Of a stretch of 28,335 bases of DNA, positions 1 to 9,281 are shown piece by piece. A program made the translations under genes and the position numbers. The notes below the pieces were generated by a model. That model was not told the DNA's origin, searched no databases, and saw only the letters and a list, made by a program, of their open reading frames with translations. Source of the stretch: an uncultured Phycisphaeraceae bacterium (GTDB taxonomy: Bacteria; Planctomycetota; Phycisphaerae; Phycisphaerales; UBA1924). The stretch spans positions 1 to 28,335 of the forward strand of contig CAZNEU010000189.1 of the NCBI GenBank assembly GCA_964571915.1. Direction: 5' to 3'. The number at the start of each line of letters is the position of its first letter. The stretch's first letter is position 1.

Positions 1-99
1 CTGGATGCCGCGCCCGGCACGGTGGTCGAGAGCCGCGCCGTGCCGGGGTTGCGTGTGGACATGGCCGCGGTGGGGCGCGACATCAAGCTGATCGACTGA
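1..99 (+). CDS. 3' end of a CDS entering the window, possibly Uma2-family endonuclease C-terminus (partial)
   Basis: Frame 1 reads LDAAPGTVVESRAVPGLRVDMAAVGRDIKLID* (TGA 97-99). ESRAVPGLRVD resembles the ESxxLPGxxLD tail of Uma2 (DUF820) proteins. Only 32 aa are visible. Confidence 0.4.
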   Translation: MDAAPGTVVESRAVPGLRVDMAAVGRDIKLID

Positions 100-102
100 T
101 GC

Positions 103-1161
103 CTACACGATCATGGCGAGCACGGCCACGAGCGACACCACGCTCACGATGAGCCACAGCACCACCCCCAAAACCAGCGGCCGCCACCCCGCTGCCGCAA
201 GGGCCTTGCGCGAGAGACCCGTGCCGATCAGGAACAGGGCCACGGTGAAGAGGGCCTTGCCCAGCCAGCGCAGCGATGCGGCGACCGATGCGCCGCCCGG
301 CAGCCACTCGCGTTCAACGACCAGCGCGGGCACGGTGGACCGCAGCAGACACGCGAGGAGAAACATGAGAATGAAGAAGGGCACCACGCGGAAGAATGAC
401 CGGCCTGCGCCACCCGGCGGGCGCTGCCCCGGCGCGGGTGCTGCGCGGTCCACGCCAGCCGCGGCCTGACGGCGCGTCCACGCCGCGAGGGCCAGCGCGA
501 CGGGCACGATCCACAGGACGCGGGTGAGTTTGACAATGGTCGCCTGGTCGAGCGCGACGGGCCCAAAGACCTTGCCCGCGGCCACCACGCCGGCGGTGTC
601 GTGGATGCCGATGCCGGCCCAGGTGCCGAACTGGATTTCGGAAAGGCCCATCCAGCGCCCCAGCGGTGGGTAGGCGTAGACACCACCGGCGTTGAGCAGG
701 AACACAATGGCGGTGGCGAGCGAGATGTGCGCGGCCGAAGCGCGGATGGCCGCGCCGGTGGCGATAATGGCCGACCCGCCACAGATGGCCGTGCCCGCCG
801 TGAGGAGCGTGATGATGTGCGTTTCGACACGCAGCAATCGGCCCAGCGCGACACCCGCGGCGAGCGCCAGCAGCACGGTGCCGAGCGTGAGGCCCAGACC
901 TGACAGGCCTGCGCGCAGCACTTCCGAAAAGGGGATGGAAAAGCCCAGCAGCACGATGCTGGTCTGCATCAGCACGCGCGCCCATACCTTGCAAGGCTGC
1001 TCGAACGCGGTGAGGCCCGCAAGCGCCAGCGCGATGCCGATCGCCAGGGCCACAGGCCCGCTCAGGGCCAGCGGCCCCACACCGCCGCTGCCCGCCGCAC
1101 CGACCACTACCACGCAGAGCGCGGCCACGAAGACAGCGCGAGCGATGGAGGGCACACTCAT
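103..1161 (-). CDS. YeiH/UPF0324 family membrane protein (putative sulfate exporter family)
   Basis: 352 aa with many hydrophobic segments. Family motifs TAICGGSAIIA, GIHDTAGVVAAG, IVKLTRVLW. ATG overlaps the psuG stop (ATGA). Confidence 0.88.
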   Translation of the reverse strand: MSVPSIARAVFVAALCVVVVGAAGSGGVGPLALSGPVALAIGIALALAGLTAFEQPCKVWARVLMQTSIVLLGFSIPFSEVLRAGLSGLGLTLGTVLLALAAGVALGRLLRVETHIITLLTAGTAICGGSAIIATGAAIRASAAHISLATAIVFLLNAGGVYAYPPLGRWMGLSEIQFGTWAGIGIHDTAGVVAAGKVFGPVALDQATIVKLTRVLWIVPVALALAAWTRRQAAAGVDRAAPAPGQRPPGGAGRSFFRVVPFFILMFLLACLLRSTVPALVVEREWLPGGASVAASLRWLGKALFTVALFLIGTGLSRKALAAAGWRPLVLGVVLWLIVSVVSLVAVLAMIV

Positions 1162-2021
1162 GCGGGGTTGGCCATTTCCACGGCCAGTTGCGCGGCCAGG
1201 TCGGTGTTGCTCTTCACCAGCGCGAGATTGGCCGCGAGGGTCTTGCCGCCGCTGATCTCGTGCAGTGCGCCCAACACGGCGGGCGTGACCTCGCGCCCGG
1301 CCGCGCCCTTGTCGCGGGCCTTGTCGGCGGCGCTCGCCATCCAGATGGACCAGTCCGACGCGTTGAGTTCGTGCGCCGCCGGGATGGGATTGCAGACCAC
1401 GATTCCGCGGCTGGTGCGTGCGAGTTCGCTGCGCACGAATCGACCCAGGTCGGCAAGGTCGTCGAAACGCTCATCGACCCCCACGCCGCCGTCGCGCAGG
1501 TAGAAGGCGGGGAAGCGGTCGGTCTGGAAGCCGACCACGGGGATGCCCAGAGTTTCGAGCATTTCACGCGTGCCGACGACATCGAGCAAACTCTTGCAGC
1601 CGCTGGCGACGACGGCCACGGGGAAGCGGGTGAACGCGGCGAGGTCGGCGGAGATATCCAGCCGCGTGGCCAGTTCGCGGTGTACGCCGCCCAGCCCGCC
1701 GGTGGCGAAGACACGGATACCTGCGCCCGCGGCGAGTTCCATGGTGGCCGAGACGGTGGTCGCCGCGTGCCAGCGGCGGTGCATGGCGAGGCCGATCGAG
1801 GCGGTGTTGATCTTGAGAACGCGGGGCGCGGCGAGCATCGTGGCCAACTGCGCATCGGTGAGGCCGATGGTGGGCACGCCCCCCACGACACCGACCAGCG
1901 CGGGCAGTGCCCCTCGCGCCCGCACGATGTCGCCCAGTTCACCGTTGAGAGCCACGGCCTGTTGGCGCGGCACACCGTGAAGGAGGAGCGTGGTTTCGAG
2001 GGCGACGCGGGGACCGATCAC
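1158..2021 (-). CDS. psuG: Pseudouridine-5'-phosphate glycosidase
   Basis: Motifs VALETTLLLHG, ATTVSATM, FATGGLGGVHR, DISADL, SGCKSLLD. Start placed at GTG 2021, overlapping the serS stop (GTGA), giving 287 aa. The ORF-track extension to 2318 lies inside serS. Confidence 0.92.
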   Translation of the reverse strand: MIGPRVALETTLLLHGVPRQQAVALNGELGDIVRARGALPALVGVVGGVPTIGLTDAQLATMLAAPRVLKINTASIGLAMHRRWHAATTVSATMELAAGAGIRVFATGGLGGVHRELATRLDISADLAAFTRFPVAVVASGCKSLLDVVGTREMLETLGIPVVGFQTDRFPAFYLRDGGVGVDERFDDLADLGRFVRSELARTSRGIVVCNPIPAAHELNASDWSIWMASAADKARDKGAAGREVTPAVLGALHEISGGKTLAANLALVKSNTDLAAQLAVEMANPA

Positions 2022-3433
2022 GAGATCCGCTCCATCCCGCCCATGTACGGCCGCAGCACCGGCGGCACGCGCACGCTGCCGTCGGCCTGCTGGTGAATCT
2101 CCAGGATGGGGATCATCAGTCGCGGGCTGGCGGCCACGGTGTTGTTGAGCGAGTGGCAGAACGTGGTCGGCCCCTTGCCCGCCTCGCCGCCGGGGCGGTA
2201 GCGCATGTTGAGGCGCCGGCACTGGTAGTCGTACAAGCGGCTGGCCGAGTGCGTCTCGCCGAAGCCCCCGGCGGGGATGCCGTTCTTGGCCACTTCGCCG
2301 CGCCCCGGCATCCAGCACTCCACATCCACCATGTCAGCGTTCTTGGGGCCGAGGTCGCCGGTGCAACACTGCAACAGGCGGTAGGGCAGTTCGAGGCTCC
2401 GCAGGAGTTCCTCAACGAAGCCGAGCATCTTGGTGTGCCAGGCGCGGCTCTCCTGCTCATCGGCCTTGCAGATCACCACCTGCTCCACCTTGTCGAACTG
2501 GTGGATGCGGTAGAGGCCCGCGGTGTCTTTGCCCGCAGCGCCGGCCTCGCGCCGGAAGCAGGTGCTGACGGTGGCATAGCGCAGGGGCAGTTTGGCTTCG
2601 TCCAGAATCTCGTCTTGATGGATGCCCATGAGGCCGACCTCGCCGGTGCCGGTGAGATAGAGGTCGTGCGTGCCGCCGCGCTTGGATTCTTCGATGTGAT
2701 AGGCCTGCTCGCGCCCGGCGGGGAAGAAGCCCGTGCCCACCATGCACTCCTCGCGCACGAGCACGGGCACGCTCATGGGTGTGAAGCCGTGCTTGTGGGC
2801 CATGAAGTCCAGCGCGTAGCGGGTGATGGCCTGGTGAAGCATCATGCCCGCGCCGGTGAGGATGTAGGATCGCGAGCCAGCCATGCGCACGCCGCGCGGG
2901 AAGTCGGCGAGCGCGAGGTCTTTGCAGAGTTGGATGTGGGTTTTGGGGGCGAAGCCCTTGTTGGCCTCGAAGGTCTTGGCGGTGTCGAAGCCGGGGGGGG
3001 GCGGGTTCCAGCGGCGAACCTCCACGTTCTCGTCGGCGGTGGCGCCCACGGGCACATCAGCATCGGGCGGCAGGGGCACGGTGAGGAGGAGCGCCTGCAC
3101 CTGCGGTTCAAGGCGCTGGACGATCGTCTCGAGTTCGGCGATCTGGTCTTTCAGGGCCTTGGGGCGGGCCTGGAGTTCGGCGAGTTGGGCTTCAAGGTTG
3201 GGGCGTGAGCCGCCCTTGGAGGGGCCGAGCGTGGCCCGCAGTTGGCCGATCTGGGGGCCCAGTTCCTTTTCGAGTTTCTTCTGCTCCGCGCGCAGGCCTT
3301 CGCGCTGCGTCAGCGCGGCACGGTGCTCTTCGTCCAGCCGCAGGAGTTGCTCGAACTGGACCTCGATGTTCTTCTTGGCCGCGCCGTCGCGGAAGCGCTG
3401 GGGGTGCTCGCGGAGTTGCTTCAGGTCGATCAT
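2018..3433 (-). CDS. serS: Serine--tRNA ligase
   Basis: N-terminal MIDLKQLRE plus coiled coil, TGEVGL, STCFRREAG (motif 2), GLYRIHQFDKVE, ETHSAS, HSLNNTVAASPR (motif 3). Confidence 0.98.
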   Translation of the reverse strand: MIDLKQLREHPQRFRDGAAKKNIEVQFEQLLRLDEEHRAALTQREGLRAEQKKLEKELGPQIGQLRATLGPSKGGSRPNLEAQLAELQARPKALKDQIAELETIVQRLEPQVQALLLTVPLPPDADVPVGATADENVEVRRWNPPPPGFDTAKTFEANKGFAPKTHIQLCKDLALADFPRGVRMAGSRSYILTGAGMMLHQAITRYALDFMAHKHGFTPMSVPVLVREECMVGTGFFPAGREQAYHIEESKRGGTHDLYLTGTGEVGLMGIHQDEILDEAKLPLRYATVSTCFRREAGAAGKDTAGLYRIHQFDKVEQVVICKADEQESRAWHTKMLGFVEELLRSLELPYRLLQCCTGDLGPKNADMVDVECWMPGRGEVAKNGIPAGGFGETHSASRLYDYQCRRLNMRYRPGGEAGKGPTTFCHSLNNTVAASPRLMIPILEIHQQADGSVRVPPVLRPYMGGMERIS

Positions 3434-3442
3434 GTCGCCGGT

Positions 3443-3448
3443 AGGTTA
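3443..3448 (-). promoter_or_regulatory. Putative -10 box (TAACCT) for serS, 9 nt before ATG, no SD
   Basis: Minus strand reads ccccTAACCTaccggcgacATG, matching TANNNT. Confidence 0.55.
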
Positions 3449-3465
3449 GGGGCCTTCCGGCTTGG

Positions 3466-3471
3466 TACCCT
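3466..3471 (+). promoter_or_regulatory. Putative -10 box (TACCCT) for the FHA-ATPase gene, 9 nt before ATG
   Basis: cttggTACCCTtctggccatATG matches TANNNT; no SD. Confidence 0.5.
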
Positions 3472-3480
3472 TCTGGCCAT

Positions 3481-5118
3481 ATGGCCAAGTACATGCTCAC
3501 GAGCGCCGACGGCCGCGGCCTGCTTTTCCCGCTCGGCAAGGGAGCCACGGTGATCGGCCGGGCAGCCGACGCGACGATCCCGCTGCCGGAGGATGAACTG
3601 GCGAGCCGCAAGCACTGCGAGATTCGGCCCGACGGCGCGGGGGGCCTGGTGGTTACGGACCTGGGCTCTCGCAACGGAACGAAGGTGAACAAGCAGAAGA
3701 TCGAGGGGCCGACGCCGCTGCGGCGGGGCGACTCCATCCAAGTGGGCTCGCATGTGTTTACGGTGGAGGCCGAGCAGAGCATGGCCGAAGCGCGGGCCGA
3801 AGCACGCGCCTGCTCGATCGACGCGGGCGGAGCGGGGGCCGTGACGTGGCCCGCCGAACTGCGCGGCATGATCGAGAGCCTCGCCCCGCGCGGCACCGGT
3901 GCGGACGACCCCGTGCAGATGGTGGACAACGCGGGGGACCCCTCGAACATCCTCACCACGGACACTGACGGGCCGAAACTGATGCGGAACCTGCTGCTGC
4001 TGGCCTCCAAGAGCCGCGCCACGGATATCCATCTTGAGCCGAAGGCGGATCGGGCCGCGGTGCGGATGCGTGTGGACGGGCAGATGGCGGCGATCACCGA
4101 GGTGCCGCTGAAGACCGGCGAGTTGTGCGTGGGCGTGGCCCGTGCGGGGTGCAACATGGTGGCCGCGGCGAAGGACGCGGCGGTGGACGGGCACTTCTCG
4201 GCGCGCTTCAAGAACAAGCGTGTGGACTACCGGGCCAGCATCACGCCCAGCGTACACGGGCCCAAACTGGTGCTGCGTGTGCTGGACGGCACCTCGGCCC
4301 CGAAAACGCTGCACGAACTGGGCCTGCCGTCGTACATGCACGACCGCGTGAAGCGCACGTGCGAGAAGGAGCACGGCCTGCTCTTGGTGAGCGGCCCGAC
4401 CGGGAGTGGCAAGACCACGACGTTGTACAACGCACTGCGCGAGATCGACCGCGACTCGACGAACGTGGTGACGATCGAGGACCCGGTGGAGTACAGCCTG
4501 GAGGGGGTTACGCAGATTCCCGTGGATGTGCAGCGGGGCAACTCGTTCCACGACCTGCTGCGCTCCGTGCTGCGGCAGGACCCGGACGTGATTCTGGTGG
4601 GCGAGATTCGTGATGAGGAGACGGCCCGCACGGCGATGCAGGCCTCCATCACCGGGCACGTGGTGTTCACGACGATTCACGCCAAGGACAGCATCTCCAG
4701 CGTGTTTCGCCTGCTGGACCTGAAGGTGGAGCCGTATCTGGTGGCCAACGCGCTGGACCTGGTGCTGGCCCAGCGGCTGGTGCGCATGCTGTGCGAGAAC
4801 TGCAAGCGGCCCGTGCGGACCACGGCCGGGCAACTCTCGCGCATCGGACGCTGGCTGGAGGGCAAGAGCGAGACCTTCGAGAGCGTCGGCTGCGCGCAGT
4901 GCCTGCGCACGGGTTATCGCGGCAGGCGGGCGCTGTTTGAGATGCTGGATGTCACCGATGAACTCCGCGACGTGATTCTGCGCGATGCCACCGTCACGGG
5001 CATCAAGCGTGTGGTGGAGCGCGGACTGTTTATGACCCTGCAGCAGTGCGGCTGGCAACTGGCCGCGCGTGGGCACACGAGCCTGGAAGAGGCGGACCGG
5101 GTGGCGGGCACCGGGTGA
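3481..5118 (+). CDS. FHA domain fused to GspE/PilB-family (T2SS/T4P) secretion ATPase
   Basis: FHA motifs VIGR, ASRKHCEI, DLGSRNGT. ATPase motifs ATDIHLEP, Walker A GPTGSGKTTT, Asp box TIEDPVE, Walker B VILVGEIRD, His box GHVVFTTIH, zinc motif CENC...CAQC..GYRGR. Confidence 0.92.
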   Translation: MAKYMLTSADGRGLLFPLGKGATVIGRAADATIPLPEDELASRKHCEIRPDGAGGLVVTDLGSRNGTKVNKQKIEGPTPLRRGDSIQVGSHVFTVEAEQSMAEARAEARACSIDAGGAGAVTWPAELRGMIESLAPRGTGADDPVQMVDNAGDPSNILTTDTDGPKLMRNLLLLASKSRATDIHLEPKADRAAVRMRVDGQMAAITEVPLKTGELCVGVARAGCNMVAAAKDAAVDGHFSARFKNKRVDYRASITPSVHGPKLVLRVLDGTSAPKTLHELGLPSYMHDRVKRTCEKEHGLLLVSGPTGSGKTTTLYNALREIDRDSTNVVTIEDPVEYSLEGVTQIPVDVQRGNSFHDLLRSVLRQDPDVILVGEIRDEETARTAMQASITGHVVFTTIHAKDSISSVFRLLDLKVEPYLVANALDLVLAQRLVRMLCENCKRPVRTTAGQLSRIGRWLEGKSETFESVGCAQCLRTGYRGRRALFEMLDVTDELRDVILRDATVTGIKRVVERGLFMTLQQCGWQLAARGHTSLEEADRVAGTG

Positions 5119-5147
5119 ACGCAGCGCGGCCCACAGGTGGGCGTGCC

Positions 5148-6368
5148 TCAGGCCAGTTCGGCCTTGAGCGCCTTGGCGAGGTACTCGTACTGCTCGATCG
5201 TGTTGTAGACGTGGGCCGAGATGCGCACCCAGCGCGCGGGCGATTCCGGGAAAGGGTTGCTCGGCACCTGCACGCGCCACGGCTCCAGCAGCCGCTCCTG
5301 CAAAGGGTCGGGGTACTTGCCGGTTACGCCGCGCTCGCCCCCGCGCCTGTCGGGCAATCGCACCACGGCCATCGCGCCCAGCATGTGGTCGGACACGGGC
5401 GGCTCAACGCCCAACACGCGGCACAACAAATCGCGGCCCCGCAGCGCCAGATCGCGGTTGCGGCACATGATCTCCGGCCAGCCGCCGGGCACGAGGCCAC
5501 CGACAATCGCCGCTGCGTCTGGCGCGGCGAGCCACGGGCTGGTGTCGAGCGTGCCGACGTAGTCGAACTCGAGGCGGAACTTGGAGCGATCGGTGCGGGC
5601 CGAGTTGAAGCCGTGGGAGAGGACGAGGGGGTGGATCAGGTGCTGGCGGTCTGACCGCACGTGCAGGAACGCCGCGCCCTGCGGGGCGCACAGCCACTTG
5701 TGGAAGTTGCCGGTGCAGTACGCCGCGCCGATCTCGGCGACGTTGAAGGGCACGAAGCCGGGTGCGTGGGCGCTGTCCAAGAGTGTGTCGATGCCGCGCG
5801 AGGCGAGTGCGGCGACGATGCGTTTGACGGGCAGGATGATGCCCGTGGGGCTGGTGATGTGAGAGACAAGGGCGAGGCGCGTGCAATTCGTGGCGGCGCC
5901 CACGATGGCATCGACGATTTCGTCGTCGCTGCGCACCGGAAAGGGCAGCGGCACGCTCACCACCCTGGCCCCCCACTGCCGCGCGGCCAGAGCCAGCACG
6001 TTGTTGCAGGCGTTGTACTCGTGCGTGTTGGTGAGGAGTTCATCGCCGGGCTCGAAGCGGAGCGAGCGCACCACGGTGTTCACGCCCGCGGTGGCGTTCT
6101 CCATAAAGGCGAAGTCGTCGGGCGGGCAGCCAACCAGCGCGGCCATGGTGGCGCGGGCCTCATCCAGCAGCGGCTCCAGATCCTCAACGAAGAAGCGGAC
6201 CGGATCGGCATCCATCCGCGCGCGGACGAGGGTCTGCTTGGCTCGCACGCCGCGCGGCACAGCGCCGAACGAACCGTGGTTCAGGAACACCCGGCCCGTG
6301 TCGATGCCGAAGTGCTCGGCCAGCGGCGAGTATGGCGGCAGCACGCTGGACGCGGGGATGTGCGCCAT
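5148..6368 (-). CDS. PLP-dependent class V aminotransferase (isopenicillin N epimerase / cysteine desulfhydrase-like)
   Basis: 406 aa. FLNHGSFGA, DSAHAPG, PLP-lysine motif YCTGNFHKWLCAP, WVRISAHVYN. Confidence 0.88.
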   Translation of the reverse strand: MAHIPASSVLPPYSPLAEHFGIDTGRVFLNHGSFGAVPRGVRAKQTLVRARMDADPVRFFVEDLEPLLDEARATMAALVGCPPDDFAFMENATAGVNTVVRSLRFEPGDELLTNTHEYNACNNVLALAARQWGARVVSVPLPFPVRSDDEIVDAIVGAATNCTRLALVSHITSPTGIILPVKRIVAALASRGIDTLLDSAHAPGFVPFNVAEIGAAYCTGNFHKWLCAPQGAAFLHVRSDRQHLIHPLVLSHGFNSARTDRSKFRLEFDYVGTLDTSPWLAAPDAAAIVGGLVPGGWPEIMCRNRDLALRGRDLLCRVLGVEPPVSDHMLGAMAVVRLPDRRGGERGVTGKYPDPLQERLLEPWRVQVPSNPFPESPARWVRISAHVYNTIEQYEYLAKALKAELA

Positions 6369-6376
6369 GCCTCAGG

Positions 6377-6694
6377 CTACGCCTGCACGTCGAGCGAGCG
6401 GCCGACCGCCACCGCCACCGCCACCGCGGCTTCGTTTCGGGCAATCGGGTTGCGATAGAACGGCAGGCTTGCCCCGGGTCTGGTGGCGATTGGCATCGCG
6501 TGCGCGGCAAAGTCCACCCCGCCGGGCACCACGCCGCCCACGAGCCGCTGGACCGATTCGGGCACCTTCGGGGTCGCGGACTCGGGCGCGCGGTTCGCGG
6601 CCACGATGCCGCGGATTGACCGCACCTGGCCATAGGCTTCGGCGATGCGGAATGAGAGCGGCGTGCTGGGTGTGCTGGCGGGTCCGACGGTCAT
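6377..6694 (-). CDS. Small hypothetical protein (105 aa)
   Basis: Start taken at ATG 6694 (MTVGPASTP...), preceded by TAGCCT 7 nt upstream. Ends AAVAVAVAVGRSLDVQA. It fills the gap between the aminotransferase and the divergent phoU. Confidence 0.65.
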   Translation of the reverse strand: MTVGPASTPSTPLSFRIAEAYGQVRSIRGIVAANRAPESATPKVPESVQRLVGGVVPGGVDFAAHAMPIATRPGASLPFYRNPIARNEAAVAVAVAVGRSLDVQA

Positions 6695-6897
6695 GGGATG
6701 AAGGCTATCGCCTCTGGCGGCACGAGCCCGCCACTTTTCCCGGGCATTTGCGCGGCGGGAGGGAAGCGTTCGGGGCCAAAGGGTCGATATCCGGGCATAT
6801 GCTCGGTTTACGTCTGGACTGGCCGCGCCCGTTGACGCACCATCCCGCCTTCGCAGGGATGAACGGGGCCAGAGCAGATCTTCCACGATTGGCCGCC

Positions 6898-7737
6898 ATG
6901 GCTTCTGCAAACCCGGCACCCGAAAACACGCCCTTCCCGGCGCGGCCCGAGCCCGCCGCCGCGGCCGATTCGTCCCCGGAACTGCTCCGTCCGCTGTTTG
7001 TGGCAGCGCGAGCGCCAGACCCGACGCTCGCCCGCCACATCAAGGACTTGAAGCGCCGCCTGATCCTCGAGGCCAACCTCGCCGTGGGCATGATCGAATC
7101 GGCCAGCGACGCGCTGATGCGTCTTGACCCCGCCGCGGCAGAGGCGGTGATGCGCCGCGATGACGAGATCGACAGCGAAGAGGTGCTGATCGAGGAGGAG
7201 TGCTTCCGCCTGCTCACGCTCTTTCAGCCCTTCGCGAAAGACTTTCGCACGGTCACGACGCTGCTGCGTGTGAACGCGGATCTTGAGCGCGTGGGCGACC
7301 ACGCGCACTCGATCGCCAAACTCACGCGCAAACTGCACAAACTCGGGGCAGGTGGCGGGGGCGCAGGGGTCGGCGGCGGCCCCGCGGGCATCCCCACGTC
7401 TCTGCAAGAACTGGCCCAGCGTGTGCCCATGCTCTGCCACGCGTTGCTCAACGCGCTCGTGTCGGAAGACGTGCAGAACGCCCGCTCCATCCTGGAGAAG
7501 GACGAGGCCATCGACTCCCTCGACAAACGCCTCTTTACCGAGTGCCTGCACGCCATGAGCGACGACACCGACTCCAAGGCCCGGGGCCTGCTGCTCTACC
7601 GGTGCGGACGGGAACTGGAGCGGGTGGGCGACCTGATGACCAACATCGCCGAGGACGTGATGTATCTGGCTACCGGCACCATCGTGCGCCACCAGACGAA
7701 GCGGCTGCGCTCGCAGGCTCGCTCCGAGAAGGCCTGA
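6898..7737 (+). CDS. phoU: Phosphate signaling complex protein PhoU homolog (paralog 1)
   Basis: DDEIDSEE, NADLERVGDHAHSIA, DEAIDSL, RELERVGDLMTNIAEDVMY (duplicated PhoU repeats). Start uncertain (ATG 6898 or 6859). The ORF-track start at 5881 is an antisense extension over the aminotransferase. Confidence 0.9.
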   Translation: MASANPAPENTPFPARPEPAAAADSSPELLRPLFVAARAPDPTLARHIKDLKRRLILEANLAVGMIESASDALMRLDPAAAEAVMRRDDEIDSEEVLIEEECFRLLTLFQPFAKDFRTVTTLLRVNADLERVGDHAHSIAKLTRKLHKLGAGGGGAGVGGGPAGIPTSLQELAQRVPMLCHALLNALVSEDVQNARSILEKDEAIDSLDKRLFTECLHAMSDDTDSKARGLLLYRCGRELERVGDLMTNIAEDVMYLATGTIVRHQTKRLRSQARSEKA

Positions 7738-7869
7738 AGACGCGCAGCGCAGCGGCCGCATCCCCATCCACCCGCTCACACACCGGACCCATGTTCGCGC
7801 CAAGTGAACGGTTGCGGCTACGAACGACGGCGGGAAGCGCGACCGCCGGCGTGGTGGAGCACGTGGCCG

Positions 7870-7875
7870 TATCAT
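7870..7875 (+). promoter_or_regulatory. Putative -10 box (TATCAT) for sucC, 9 nt before ATG
   Basis: ggccgTATCATcgccctcgcATG; no SD. Confidence 0.6.
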
Positions 7876-7884
7876 CGCCCTCGC

Positions 7885-9192
<1,308 letters not shown>

Positions 9193-9216
9193 GGCACTCA
9201 CGAAAATCCCTGCCCA

Positions 9217-9269
9217 TTTGGTCATCCGCCACGGCGGACCTTCGGTTTGGCTATTTGCTCACTTGTCTG
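9217..9269. repeat. Degenerate octamer run interrupted by a small GC palindrome
   Basis: TTTGGTCA (9217), TCCGCCACGGCGGA palindrome (9225-9238), then TTTGGCTA, TTTGCTCA, CTTGTCTG (9246-9269). Confidence 0.45.
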
Positions 9270-9275
9270 TATCCT
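9270..9275 (+). promoter_or_regulatory. Putative -10 box (TATCCT) for the nitrilase-family gene, 6 nt before ATG
   Basis: tctgTATCCTgctcccATG; no SD. Confidence 0.6.
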
Positions 9276-9281
9276 GCTCCC

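Noticed and set aside
3430-5280. Long antisense ORF (616 aa), and similar ones at 6808-8046, 8113-9225, 9222-10376, 11462-13243, 21430-22974, 26224-28305
   Set aside because: These are shadow ORFs opposite well-supported genes. They are Arg/Ala/Gly-rich with no motifs, as expected at high GC.
6762-6790. GAAG-N16-GTCGATAT as a sigma28 promoter for phoU1
   Set aside because: Two mismatches in the -10, off spacing, and the downstream gene is not flagellar.
6841-6861. Hairpin CATCCC...GGGATG covering an alternative phoU ATG, as a possible riboswitch or attenuator
   Set aside because: The stem is only 6 bp in GC-rich DNA, with no recognisable aptamer and no Pho box nearby.
5881-6897. ORF-track N-terminal extension making PhoU a 618-aa fusion
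   Set aside because: The extension overlaps two minus-strand genes and is low-information sequence. PhoU similarity begins only after about 7020.
7640-7690. Inverted similarity between the 3' ends of the two phoU genes as an inversion substrate
   Set aside because: The similarity reflects protein conservation with many synonymous differences. It is short, and no recombinase is present.
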